In this document: positions 28,819 through 38,310 of the stretch, piece by piece
Layout: each line of letters begins with the position of its first letter
Position numbering within the stretch: position 1 is the first letter of the stretch
Source of the DNA: a virus
Lineage: Duplodnaviria; Caudoviricetes
Virus record (IMG/VR): IMGVR_UViG_3300033076_000210
Coordinates: 29,930-93,929 of that record
Strand: one strand, 5' to 3'
Length of the DNA: 64,000 bases
Translations under genes and position numbers: made by a program
The notes under the pieces: generated by a model
Told to the model about the DNA's origin: nothing
The model's input: the letters and a program-made list of their open reading frames with translations, nothing else
Databases searched by the model: none

Positions 28819-30645
28819 TTAGCCCTTAAATGATTTTAGTTCTGCATACAACTTCATGCCAAGGTCTGTGCCTTCGGCCATGACGCCTTGACGTTGATCT
28901 TGACGGTTGAACGGAGCACCAACAGTTTGACCAGTTGACTTAGGACCATTTAATCCGCCTGAGTATAAACGCATTTCAGGATCGTTTTCGTCAGTTGTTA
29001 CTTGATCTGTAGGCCAGTCAGGTTGATTCTCATCTAACTCTTCTTCGCTACCACACGAGCAAGGGCTGGTTTCGCAACCACAACCGTGATCTTCCTCTTG
29101 TGCTGCCATACCTGCTAAGTTCAACAATTGTGCCAATTGTTCTGCTGCTTCGCCTTCTGCGCTGACAGTGATGTTCTTGCGTGGCTCGCCGTTTTCGTCC
29201 ATGCTCATGTTCACTGACACATTCATTGATTCGGCGATCATATCTTCTAATTCACGGTTGATGCTGTCATAAATGCCTTTGCCAACAATGCCACCTTTTT
29301 TGGCTTTGCCGCCTGCTGCTGGAGCTACGGAACCTGCTGTTGTAGTTTCTTCAGTCTTTTCCTTTTTGTTAGGAAGACCTTTTTCTTTTGTAGAAGCAAA
29401 CTTTTTCAATTCGCCTTTGGGCATTTTGGCCATTTCTTTAGAAGCGCCTTTTAGCTTGCTTTTAGGAATCTCACCTTTTTGAGCAGCATGGGCAATACCA
29501 GCGGCTTTGCGTTGAGCTTTGCTTACAGCTTCTTCTTCAACGCCGCCTTGCAGTTCGCGATTCTTTTGTTGCAATGTATCGTCGATATCACTACGACGAC
29601 GCATGTTGCTACCGATGTTAGAAATACCGCCTTGCATGTGCTTCTTCAAGAAGTTGTTGGCCATCTTTTGTGCAGCTAACAACTGGTCACGAGTTGTGCA
29701 TGATGCAATAACTTTGCTCAACTTAACTAAGTCGCTGCCTTCACTTGATTCTTCTTTGACTTTTTCCTTACGGCCGCCTTTGTGCTTGTAAGCCTTGGCT
29801 GTGACACGCTCTGGTGCTTTGTCTGTTTTCTTAGGACGACCACGACCGCGCTTTTCGCCGTCAGCTGGTTTGTCATCATCTGCGCCCACTGAGTAACCTG
29901 TGTTGGGGTCAGTGCGACGAGTTACTCTACGACCTGTGCCTGTGTCTTCGATATCATGCTTGGCACCGTGGGTAATTTCACCCTTCTTGGTCTTTTCGCG
30001 AGTGTCCTTGGCATACTTGAGCATGTCGTCCCACCCTTCGTCGATGTCGCTGTTGTCAGTAAATTCTTTTCCGCCTACTTTAAACTTGCCGCCTTTGGGT
30101 GTTTTGGCTAATGCACCAGTAAATGCATTGCCTTCGTCTGCTACTTGTTGTTTGCCACGCAATGCGTTCTTCATTGCTTCAGCAGCAACGTCGCCTAACA
30201 TTTCATCAACTTCCTTTTTAGCGCCGGCAATCTTGTCAGCGAAAGTGATCTTGTCTTTGGGTTCGGCAATAGCAGCAAACTTCTTTTGCTTGGGTGTCAT
30301 TGGGATTCCACCTTCTTCTGCCATTGGTAACTGCCCAGATGTTGGTTTTGCGCCTGCCATTGTAGTCTGTTGTCCAGGTTGTTGTGGTGGCACTTTGCCG
30401 GTTACAGGAACGCCAGCTTTCTTTTGCAAATCTTTGATCATGTCTTCGTCTGATCCATGACCTAATGTGCTACCAATTGCTTGAAGTGCTGCTTGAGCCC
30501 CAGACTTGACAGTGTCAACAAATCCTTCGTCTACTTCTTGTGTGCGCTGTTTTGGCATTGCACGTTCATTAAGTTGACCATGTTTAAGTTCTGGCTTCTC
30601 ACGAATGGCATCGAGAGTTTTGTTTAAGTTGTAAAAAAATGTCAT
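28819..30645 (-). CDS. highly charged head-internal polyprotein candidate with AT-hook and DUF3008-like segment
   Basis: 608 aa, K/E-rich; KRGRGRPKK; KAQRKAAGIAHAAQKGEIPKSKLKGASKEMAKM..ELKKFASTKEKGLP; about 12 xxE cleavage-like sites. Confidence 0.7.
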   Translation of the reverse strand: MTFFYNLNKTLDAIREKPELKHGQLNERAMPKQRTQEVDEGFVDTVKSGAQAALQAIGSTLGHGSDEDMIKDLQKKAGVPVTGKVPPQQPGQQTTMAGAKPTSGQLPMAEEGGIPMTPKQKKFAAIAEPKDKITFADKIAGAKKEVDEMLGDVAAEAMKNALRGKQQVADEGNAFTGALAKTPKGGKFKVGGKEFTDNSDIDEGWDDMLKYAKDTREKTKKGEITHGAKHDIEDTGTGRRVTRRTDPNTGYSVGADDDKPADGEKRGRGRPKKTDKAPERVTAKAYKHKGGRKEKVKEESSEGSDLVKLSKVIASCTTRDQLLAAQKMANNFLKKHMQGGISNIGSNMRRRSDIDDTLQQKNRELQGGVEEEAVSKAQRKAAGIAHAAQKGEIPKSKLKGASKEMAKMPKGELKKFASTKEKGLPNKKEKTEETTTAGSVAPAAGGKAKKGGIVGKGIYDSINRELEDMIAESMNVSVNMSMDENGEPRKNITVSAEGEAAEQLAQLLNLAGMAAQEEDHGCGCETSPCSCGSEEELDENQPDWPTDQVTTDENDPEMRLYSGGLNGPKSTGQTVGAPFNRQDQRQGVMAEGTDLGMKLYAELKSFKG

Positions 30646-30651
30646 TTTGAA

Positions 30652-31260
30652 TTATCCTCGTGGGTTACGGCCAGTTGCTGGCTTAGGTGGACGCTTGACT
30701 GTGCTCATTGGGCTGTTTTTGCCTTGTGGTAAGTCATTTGTAGTTTCTGCGGGTTTGGTTTTTTCGCCAGCAATAGTGAAATCTGAACGGTAAGCATTTT
30801 TAAGGACTGCATGATCGTATGGGCCAGTTGCATAATCTTTGCTCAACGCTTTTTGTTTTGCATCAGGTGCAGGGAAATCAGTATCGTCGATTAATTCTTT
30901 GTTTTGATCTTCGATATCAATGCGTTCTTCTTGATTATTGTCAGAATAATTAGGAGTTTGCATCAACACACGGTTTGGGTCCATGCCCAATAACTGTGCA
31001 ATTTGACGAATTTGTGCATCGATCGCAGGATAACGGAATTCTACATCCACTGTGCTTACACGTTCATTACTGAATGCAGGAAAGTCCGGTGTTCTTGCTT
31101 GGATAGGTGTGGTTTTTACATCACCTACTTTAACTGGATCAAATTGATCCAACTTTGCTTTAAAGTCTTTGTAAAAATTGCCTGGTAAGTCACCGGCGAA
31201 TTTGATGCGATAAGAGTATGTTCTTTCGCTTTCGATTAGATAATCTCTGAAGTGTTTCAT
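30652..31260 (-). CDS. candidate internal head protein (MKHFRDYLIE...)
   Basis: N-terminus resembles T4 capsid-targeting sequence; TAAATA at 31278-31283. Confidence 0.7.
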   Translation of the reverse strand: MKHFRDYLIESERTYSYRIKFAGDLPGNFYKDFKAKLDQFDPVKVGDVKTTPIQARTPDFPAFSNERVSTVDVEFRYPAIDAQIRQIAQLLGMDPNRVLMQTPNYSDNNQEERIDIEDQNKELIDDTDFPAPDAKQKALSKDYATGPYDHAVLKNAYRSDFTIAGEKTKPAETTNDLPQGKNSPMSTVKRPPKPATGRNPRG

Positions 31261-31286
31261 GTCAGTTCCCTATGCAATATTTATGC

Positions 31287-31781
31287 TTATTTAGATTTTT
31301 GGTCTCTACCGGCCAGTAGGCGTTCCAGTAAGTCGTTACGGTTTAATACCTGGCCTTGTGCTGTTTCTGTAGGGCCTTCTTCGCTTTGTAAGTCACGATC
31401 CAACTTTAATTTCTTCATTTGGAGATCGATCATCTTGAGTTTTTTGTTCATTTTGGCTGTCTTTGCAGATAGTGCATGCCCTAGCATTGTGCCAGCTACG
31501 CCGAAAATTTCAGCAGCAAATCGACTATCAACATTCATGCCCAGGTCTGATAAGTCATTAAAACTCTTTTTGGCCATGTCTGCAATTTCATCAAGCTCCA
31601 CATCGGATCTATCCACATCGGATACGCCCGACAATGCAGCATCAATTTTGTCAATGGTGTTGTCAACATTGGCAATAATTGTTTGTGTGTCTTCAATGGT
31701 GAGATTGCTGTGATCAATCAAGTGATCGCCGATAGATTCGCTCGGCGGAAGGTCAAACAGGTCCTCTAATTTTTTGGTCAT
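31287..31781 (-). CDS. gp16: probable terminase small subunit
   Basis: helical 164-aa protein; SRFAAEIF..AG.ML...KLKMIDLQ and C-terminal RNDLL parallel gp16 architecture. Confidence 0.55.
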   Translation of the reverse strand: MTKKLEDLFDLPPSESIGDHLIDHSNLTIEDTQTIIANVDNTIDKIDAALSGVSDVDRSDVELDEIADMAKKSFNDLSDLGMNVDSRFAAEIFGVAGTMLGHALSAKTAKMNKKLKMIDLQMKKLKLDRDLQSEEGPTETAQGQVLNRNDLLERLLAGRDQKSK

Positions 31782-31796
31782 ACCCTATTTATGGGT

Positions 31797-32228
31797 TTAA
31801 GCACGACCGTTATGAAACATGTCTTTTTCTGTAATGACTCGGAAGGTTAACCCTTGGCGACGGCACCAAGCAGTAGCAGCCTCCCATTTAGCATAGTTTA
31901 CCGCTACAATAGCTCGTTCTTTGCTGCTTTGATTTTCTGTAATAGCACTTTGACCGCTTGGCTTGATTTCAATCACTTCGGCTTTAACTGTATTGTTTTT
32001 AGTTCTATACACAACTAAAAAGTCCGGAACATAAATGGTTTGTTTACCACTTAGCGGATTACGGTAAGGTATGTTAATGCTTTCGCTAGCCCATTGCAAC
32101 ACATGGTCGTTAGTATCACAAAAGCGCATAAATGCCAACTCCCACCCAGATCGGTATCTAGGCACACCTTTACCAACATACTTGGCAGTGTTAGTAACAT
32201 TGTAAGGTCCCTGCGCCCACTTAGACAT
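31797..32228 (-). CDS. gp4: head completion nuclease (T4 gp4, TnsA-like)
   Basis: KYVG...YRSGWE..FM..CD, WASE, IPY, YVPDF, EIKP, N.AKWEAA, FRVITE. Confidence 0.9.
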   Translation of the reverse strand: MSKWAQGPYNVTNTAKYVGKGVPRYRSGWELAFMRFCDTNDHVLQWASESINIPYRNPLSGKQTIYVPDFLVVYRTKNNTVKAEVIEIKPSGQSAITENQSSKERAIVAVNYAKWEAATAWCRRQGLTFRVITEKDMFHNGRA

Positions 32229-32587
32229 TATTGTCTCACATTTCTAGCAGCCCAGTAATTAGGCGATACAGGTGTTAAGATACCCAACATAGTAGCAGGA
32301 CTTTGCACAGAGTTTAAATAGTATGCCAGACTTAATGTGAGTTGTGGGCCAGTTTGCCCTTCAACTTGTTGTAACATAGTCACTGCACTAACACCAGCTG
32401 CTTGCGCAGCTCTAAACCAAGCTACTGTAAAATTCTGAGCCTGTTCGGTTGTGTTAAACACACTGTTGAAGTAACTCCACACAATGTCATACTCTGCCGC
32501 AGGAATATCTTCGGCATAATTGTAAAATTGATCAAAAATTCTAACTGTTTGATCAATACTGGGGTTAGCTGCATTAATAGTGCCCAT
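32228..32587 (-). CDS. hypothetical structural protein
   Basis: 119 aa in tail operon. Confidence 0.65.
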   Translation of the reverse strand: MGTINAANPSIDQTVRIFDQFYNYAEDIPAAEYDIVWSYFNSVFNTTEQAQNFTVAWFRAAQAAGVSAVTMLQQVEGQTGPQLTLSLAYYLNSVQSPATMLGILTPVSPNYWAARNVRQ

Positions 32588-32589
32588 GA

Positions 32590-33813
32590 TTATGACCTTG
32601 TTGTTCTAATTTCGTTAGCTAATCTTGTAGTAAGATCTGAGGTTGTGGGTACTGCGCCTCTTGCAGCGGTAGATTTTGCAGTTGGAAAGAATATGCCGTC
32701 AAGAATACCATTTTGTCCCGCGGTACCAATCACAGCTTTCTGCGCTGCTGGCAATGCGCCTTTAGCGATTGTTTTAGCGCCTGCTTGTACTTCATTGTTG
32801 AAGATACTCTTTAGGTTCTTATCTTTGTAAGTGTTATAGGCTGCAGATGCTTTTTGTGCAGCACCAATTAATCCAGCAACACCGCCAGATGCCAAATCTT
32901 CAGCAATGCCTAACCCAGCATCAATAAGACCACCTTGGCCTAATACAGTTCCATTTTGTGCAGGGTTAGTAATACCACTTTGGTGATTGTCGTAATATGC
33001 AGAATCTGCAAATCCAACAACGTTAGGGTCTGGTCTAACATTGCCAATTGCGCCGGTACCGTACTTTACAGTTTCGTAACGCAAGGTCATTCTATGACTC
33101 ATAGTGGCATTACCTTGTGCATAGTCATAGGTATCGTGTTGCCATTCAGTTATCATTGGATTGATCAATACGTAGCTGGCCCACTTGTGTTGGTCCATAC
33201 CAAAAATTCGTATGTCTCTAAAGAAAGGCTTTTTGCCGCTGCGACCTACACTGGTAATATCTTTACCGTCAGTATAACTTTCGCCAATATAACCCCAATC
33301 GTTTACTGATCTACTAGCATCATAAGTGTCTCTAGCATTGTAATCAAACGCTGTCGGGGTTGCTACTAATGGCCCTAGATTGCCGTTGTTAGGCGAGAGA
33401 TTATCGTACTTTTGACTAGGATCTTTGTAATAATAGGTATAGTAGGTATACCACATGTTACGAATTAAATCGCCGCCATCGTCGTGGAATTCAAATTGTA
33501 CTGGATTATAATCAATCTTTGTTTGAATCAATCTCTTTCGATTATATTGATTCATTGTTTCTACACCAATTTGATAATTTGGCAACTGAACATTCTTGAC
33601 CATTAACCCAATGGTAGCAATGTCCTGATTATTAAACGCCGATCCCAGTAACGGAACATAAGCAGTGTTAATAGTAAAGAACACATGAAATAAGAATTTG
33701 CTCCGTGGAGCAAATTCATAACCATTGGTTAAAAAGGTTTTAGAGGCATGGGCATAATCGCTTACGCCTTCACCTGGACCAAACCCTTTTAAAAAGTCTT
33801 GTCCGAATGCCAT
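32590..33813 (-). CDS. tail tube-like / baseplate-tube junction protein (gp19/gp48/gp54 fold)
   Basis: VKNVQLP, NQYNRKR....IDYNPVQFEFHDD, MTLRYE; follows tail tube gene. Confidence 0.7.
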   Translation of the reverse strand: MAFGQDFLKGFGPGEGVSDYAHASKTFLTNGYEFAPRSKFLFHVFFTINTAYVPLLGSAFNNQDIATIGLMVKNVQLPNYQIGVETMNQYNRKRLIQTKIDYNPVQFEFHDDGGDLIRNMWYTYYTYYYKDPSQKYDNLSPNNGNLGPLVATPTAFDYNARDTYDASRSVNDWGYIGESYTDGKDITSVGRSGKKPFFRDIRIFGMDQHKWASYVLINPMITEWQHDTYDYAQGNATMSHRMTLRYETVKYGTGAIGNVRPDPNVVGFADSAYYDNHQSGITNPAQNGTVLGQGGLIDAGLGIAEDLASGGVAGLIGAAQKASAAYNTYKDKNLKSIFNNEVQAGAKTIAKGALPAAQKAVIGTAGQNGILDGIFFPTAKSTAARGAVPTTSDLTTRLANEIRTTRS

Positions 33814-33815
33814 TA

Positions 33816-34439
33816 TTAACCAGTAGCTACATCGTTGACAGTTCGGCCAATAGGTTGTCCAACGCCAACTGAAACGCCAGAAGTGGATGTTTGAACAGCA
33901 TTGTCAAATCTAATAGTCATCGAGACAGTAACAGGCTCACTAGAACCATAGTTCATGTCACCATAATTGACTTCACTGAGATAGCAACCATAGATTTCCC
34001 AAGTTTCTAAGACCTGCACAGTATCACCATTGCCGCCGTCGAGTATTTCAAATTGAGTTACAAACTTGTAATCAATACCCGATGCTGCACTAGCTTGTTC
34101 TGCAAAATCCAATTGCTTCTGTAGTTGTTCACCGACCAAACGGCTAACTGCACCACTTGCATCGTCACGCAATGTGCAAGTGATATCGCCCCATGTGTGT
34201 CTGCCGGCTAGCTTAATTGTTGAGTTATAGATTGGAATGTCGATTGCTTCAAAGGACACTTGAGGACGGGTAAAGTCCATGACTTGTTTTGTTAATTCCG
34301 TACGAGGTGTTGATACACCAAAGTTTTGAAACTCAACTCTAAATCTATATTTCAGTTTTGGCATCAACATACCCTGGGTAGGGTTACTGTCGCTGCTTGC
34401 CAAGGGCACTGTCATTTTAGTTAATGATGCTACTGCCAT
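33816..34439 (-). CDS. gp19: tail tube protein
   Basis: PKLKYRFRV, KLAGRHTWGDITCTLRDD, ETWEIYGCY, MTIRFD; directly downstream of sheath. Confidence 0.88.
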   Translation of the reverse strand: MAVASLTKMTVPLASSDSNPTQGMLMPKLKYRFRVEFQNFGVSTPRTELTKQVMDFTRPQVSFEAIDIPIYNSTIKLAGRHTWGDITCTLRDDASGAVSRLVGEQLQKQLDFAEQASAASGIDYKFVTQFEILDGGNGDTVQVLETWEIYGCYLSEVNYGDMNYGSSEPVTVSMTIRFDNAVQTSTSGVSVGVGQPIGRTVNDVATG

Positions 34440-34481
34440 GTTAATTCTCCTGTATGCTTTTATTTATGGTCTTTTGGTCAA

Positions 34482-34510
34482 GAAAAATAGGGCCCAAGGA
34501 CCCTATTTTC
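34482..34510 (-). terminator. intrinsic terminator after tail sheath
   Basis: AAAATAGGG...CCCTATTTT inverted repeat with A/U tracts; late promoter TAAATA at 34461-34466 follows. Confidence 0.7.
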
Positions 34511-34530
34511 GTTAGCTACTTTTCGATATA

Positions 34531-37500
34531 TCACCCTGCTGTAGCTACTGTGCTTACACTGCTTGCAATCTCGCCAGTGTTCTTAATGCGCAATGGAATA
34601 TAGATAAATTCAACTGCCTTAACTGGTTCAATCGCAATATCGACCCACAACTCATTGTTGTCGATTCGAGCTGGTGTGTTGTTAGTTAAATCGCAAACAA
34701 CCAGGTAATCATAGATACCACGCTTGTTGACCAAGTCGATCATTAACGAATTAACAGCGTTGTTCATTTCGTTACGAGTGATCTGATCGTTAGGCTCAAA
34801 CAAGAATGTCTTACCAATTTCTTGTAATCGTCCGCGAATGAATGCAATCAAACGTGATACGTTAATACGGTTCAATGCACTATCAATTGATGTTGCAGTC
34901 TTATTACCAAAGTTAGTAATACCAACTCCAGGTACAAACGTAATCGGATTAATATTCAATGAATACAATGTATCACGTAGACCTTGGTTTACACCAATCG
35001 TTACAAATTCACCAGTTGTGCCGTTAACATATCCAATAGATGTAGCGTTGTCAACTACACCTCGGCGTGTACCAGCAGGTGCCAACCATGGATAAGCAAC
35101 TTCGTCGCTGCGTAAAATTGTACGCAACATCATGTGGCTTGGTGGCTGAACAACTACCGATCCACTTAGATCGTTTGTCTGGCAACTTGGATAGAAAGTT
35201 CCCAAGTATACATCGCTTGTAGACAGTCCATCACCGGTAGTAACTGTGTTATTAGCCCAGCTAGTGATTTCTGTTGCGTCAGGAGTCAATCTCAATGGAG
35301 TATCACCTACAACAAATGCAGTGTTATTGCGATCGTTGTTGAGTACCACCATGTTAGGGATCAACTCTGGATACTGAGGGCAAGCAATCAAATTAAATTG
35401 ACGTTGTTCTTCACGCAGTTCTACTGACAAGTCAATACTAGACTTTAGTGCCTGAACAATCATAGCACGTTGAGCATTTCGGCCCATATTTGGGCTACCG
35501 TCTGCTTTGTTACCACTTGCAGTTACCCAAGCATTAGTCTCAGTAGGCAATGTCTCGTCTGGGAAACTTTGTGCATTAAAGTAGTTAGACTTAAACTCTT
35601 TAACGTTGTAACCCGAGCGGCGTGTATTCCACAACAACATACCTTGTGGATATAGATTAGCATCAGGTGCATCTAAATCCAAATAGTTGCTGGTTAATAA
35701 ACTTGTAATAGATGGGAATTCACCTGCTACAGGATCAGTAGTTCCGTTTGGTGCCCAACGAGCATCTGCAAACAAAATACCATTTTCTGTTGTTTGGTCT
35801 GATGTTACCACTTGTACCCATTGGTCAACTGTATCAACTGATTCCCAACGATATATCACTGGGTAATTTTCTAAGTCGCTAGTGTCAATCCACAAATCTC
35901 CGTATGCCAACGGACTCTTGGCAGTGTTAGTTTGTGTAGTCGGTGCCACAGTTGAGAAGATTGGGCCAGCAGCATTAGTTAGACTCAAGTTGTAACCACG
36001 AACATCATTGGTAACGTTTTGATAACCGTACCATGCTCCGTTGTTTTGAATCATGATATCTACTTGTGTTGTAGCACTGTAATACCACATGCGGTTTTCA
36101 GCTGGATCTTGACTTGGAGAAGATGAGCTAGCAGTGTAGGTAAACCACGGAGTAGTAACAAAAGGTGATAACACAAGAGTTCCTGATATACCAGCTCTTA
36201 CAAATTCCACTGAAGTATTAAATCCAGCAGCAGTAACTGGCGTACCAATAATGTTTTTAAGATTAATGTCACCGCCTGTGGCATGAGTGAATACAATAGC
36301 GCCAGTACTGTTAACTGATGCAGACACATAAGGAATATTAGCTGCACTGACTGCGGCTACAAAATCAGCAGCAGTAGTACCGGCTAATGTTGCAGTTGCA
36401 GTTGTGTAAGCTGCTGTACCTGGCTGGGTTGCCATGATTGTAAATGTATTTCCGCTAACAAACGGACCAGGTGTAGTGTCATCACCAGTTACGATCAATG
36501 GACCACTTGTGGTTTTTTCGAGTATTTTCAAACCAGCAGTTATCGGATCGCCTGGATTCGAAGTGTTATTATCAGGATTAGTCTTTGCCCATGTGGTGCC
36601 CACCGGGATGTTTAATCCGCCGCCTGTTGGATCAGCAGCAAAAATATAACTAGCGGTATTTTCATACACTGGAGTATCTTGTTGTACCCATGCCCCTAAC
36701 ACAGATGAATATTTCTTGAGTACAATGTTTGCACCCAAGTTTACTGCGTTAGTTTTTTGCCATACAGAACCTGTTGGCTCTGGCTGAGTATCAGTTGATC
36801 TCCAACGTGGTGCAGAGTAGTTGTATCCTGTGTAAAAGTCAGGAGCATAATATGTGTTTTCTGCAATTCCCAATGTTGTCAACGGAGCTGTTCCGCTATA
36901 GGTACCATTGACAATTTGAACTGCGCCAACAATCGAAGTTGACCCATCAGCTGACGCATTTGAATCAGCATAAATTACCAATTTACCGTTATCAACACCA
37001 GAATAAACACCTGTGATAGCAGCAGCATTAATAGCATCAGAACAAGTTCTAACTGTAGTACCAACCGAAATAGTTGATCCGTTGATAATAATTGTGTCCC
37101 CAGATGTCAATGTTGGAGTAGTTGCAGTTCCTTGGATAGTTGGCCAAGCAGTCTTCCAATCATCGCTACCTACAAGAGCCCAAGTATTATACAAATTAAC
37201 AAGGTCAGTTGATGATGAATAAACAGTTGTTGCACTGTATGTTGTAGTTGACGGGCCGCCGCGCTTGAAATATATACGGTTTGACACTTGAGTGGTTGTC
37301 ACTGCATAGTCGCCGATTGATCCAATTGTTTGCAATGGCACAGTTGTGTTAGTTACAAGATCGCTAGTGCTAGTGATCACTGTAGGCACTTTGTTTGTAA
37401 ATGCCGCTGTGGTTTGGTTCCATTGGAAGATACCCCATAGAGTCTCTGCTGTGTCTAGCCAAAAGTCGCCGTCAGCTGGGTCGCCAGTTGGACGGGTTAA

Positions 37501-37866
37501 TGTAGCAGTGAGCTCAGTTAAATCAATGTCTGCTCGTTGGACATAGCAACGGTTTGTAACGCCAAGTGCTGAATAAGCAGCAAGTAAGCCGTATTCGTTG
37601 AGTTCGTATCCGTTGATCGGAGTGCCAGCTGTGGTCTTGTAAAAGAACGGCACACCAAATGTTGCGCTTAAATCGCGCTGACTTGTAATCAAGTAAGGTT
37701 TATTTGCGTTTGCAGCCAGTGTGCCAGCAGCAACGCCTGTGCCTGTTCCTGAAACTTTGTTTTGTGCAGTTGCAATCAAAACATACGGAACCGAGTTGGT
37801 AGCTGCGGGAATATATTGACTTTCGTCAATTACTGTTACTTCTACGCCGGGTGAAATTAGTGCCAT
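34531..37866 (-). CDS. gp18: contractile tail sheath protein (expanded, 1111 aa)
   Basis: MALISPGVEV N-terminus; PWLAPAG.RRG, LYSLNINPI, FGNKT, RINVSRL, FEPND..TR, NNTPARID.NEL, PVKAVEFI. Confidence 0.95.
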   Translation of the reverse strand: MALISPGVEVTVIDESQYIPAATNSVPYVLIATAQNKVSGTGTGVAAGTLAANANKPYLITSQRDLSATFGVPFFYKTTAGTPINGYELNEYGLLAAYSALGVTNRCYVQRADIDLTELTATLTRPTGDPADGDFWLDTAETLWGIFQWNQTTAAFTNKVPTVITSTSDLVTNTTVPLQTIGSIGDYAVTTTQVSNRIYFKRGGPSTTTYSATTVYSSSTDLVNLYNTWALVGSDDWKTAWPTIQGTATTPTLTSGDTIIINGSTISVGTTVRTCSDAINAAAITGVYSGVDNGKLVIYADSNASADGSTSIVGAVQIVNGTYSGTAPLTTLGIAENTYYAPDFYTGYNYSAPRWRSTDTQPEPTGSVWQKTNAVNLGANIVLKKYSSVLGAWVQQDTPVYENTASYIFAADPTGGGLNIPVGTTWAKTNPDNNTSNPGDPITAGLKILEKTTSGPLIVTGDDTTPGPFVSGNTFTIMATQPGTAAYTTATATLAGTTAADFVAAVSAANIPYVSASVNSTGAIVFTHATGGDINLKNIIGTPVTAAGFNTSVEFVRAGISGTLVLSPFVTTPWFTYTASSSSPSQDPAENRMWYYSATTQVDIMIQNNGAWYGYQNVTNDVRGYNLSLTNAAGPIFSTVAPTTQTNTAKSPLAYGDLWIDTSDLENYPVIYRWESVDTVDQWVQVVTSDQTTENGILFADARWAPNGTTDPVAGEFPSITSLLTSNYLDLDAPDANLYPQGMLLWNTRRSGYNVKEFKSNYFNAQSFPDETLPTETNAWVTASGNKADGSPNMGRNAQRAMIVQALKSSIDLSVELREEQRQFNLIACPQYPELIPNMVVLNNDRNNTAFVVGDTPLRLTPDATEITSWANNTVTTGDGLSTSDVYLGTFYPSCQTNDLSGSVVVQPPSHMMLRTILRSDEVAYPWLAPAGTRRGVVDNATSIGYVNGTTGEFVTIGVNQGLRDTLYSLNINPITFVPGVGITNFGNKTATSIDSALNRINVSRLIAFIRGRLQEIGKTFLFEPNDQITRNEMNNAVNSLMIDLVNKRGIYDYLVVCDLTNNTPARIDNNELWVDIAIEPVKAVEFIYIPLRIKNTGEIASSVSTVATAG

Positions 37867-37893
37867 GGGTTAATCCTTTTTCTTAGCTAATGA

Positions 37894-37899
37894 TATTTA
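37894..37899 (-). promoter_or_regulatory. late promoter TAAATA for tail sheath
   Basis: upstream of AAGGA RBS and ATG 37866. Confidence 0.6.
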
Positions 37900-37950
37900 T
37901 CGGTTAGCGAAAAAAGAACCCCGTTGCGATGCCCTTACGTAAGGTTTTCT

Positions 37951-37958
37951 TATAAATA
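37951..37958 (+). promoter_or_regulatory. late promoter TATAAATA
   Basis: exact T4 late consensus 4 nt before ATG 37963. Confidence 0.6.
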
Positions 37959-37962
37959 TCTC

Positions 37963-38310
37963 ATGATAAGACCTATATGCAGTGTATGTAATCAACATCC
38001 CCGAGCAATAAACTGCCATCGTGGAGACAAAGTTTACTATCGTAGCCGCTGTGAGGTTTGCATTAAGAAAAATAAAAAAATCAAGCCGCCTGTGGCACGT
38101 TGGCAATCAGCAGGCTACAAGAAAAAACCCGCATGCGATCGATGCGGGTTTAGAGCTAGATACTCAGCACAGTTGCTAGTGTATCACATTGATGGAAATT
38201 TACACAACACAGATGGTCGTAATTTAAAAACCGTGTGTTTGAACTGCGTGGAAGAGATCAAACGCAGTGATCTCCCTTGGCGTCGTGGCGATCTTGAGCC
38301 AGATATTTGA
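37963..38310 (+). CDS. zinc-binding HNH-like protein
   Basis: four CxxC pairs; VYHIDGNLHN....NLKTVCLNC resembles HNH with the last His missing. Confidence 0.7.
   Translation: MIRPICSVCNQHPRAINCHRGDKVYYRSRCEVCIKKNKKIKPPVARWQSAGYKKKPACDRCGFRARYSAQLLVYHIDGNLHNTDGRNLKTVCLNCVEEIKRSDLPWRRGDLEPDI

Noticed and set aside
37963-38310. Mobile homing endonuclease
   Set aside because: Short, lacks the final His of the HNH motif and has its own late promoter; more likely a resident zinc-binding protein.
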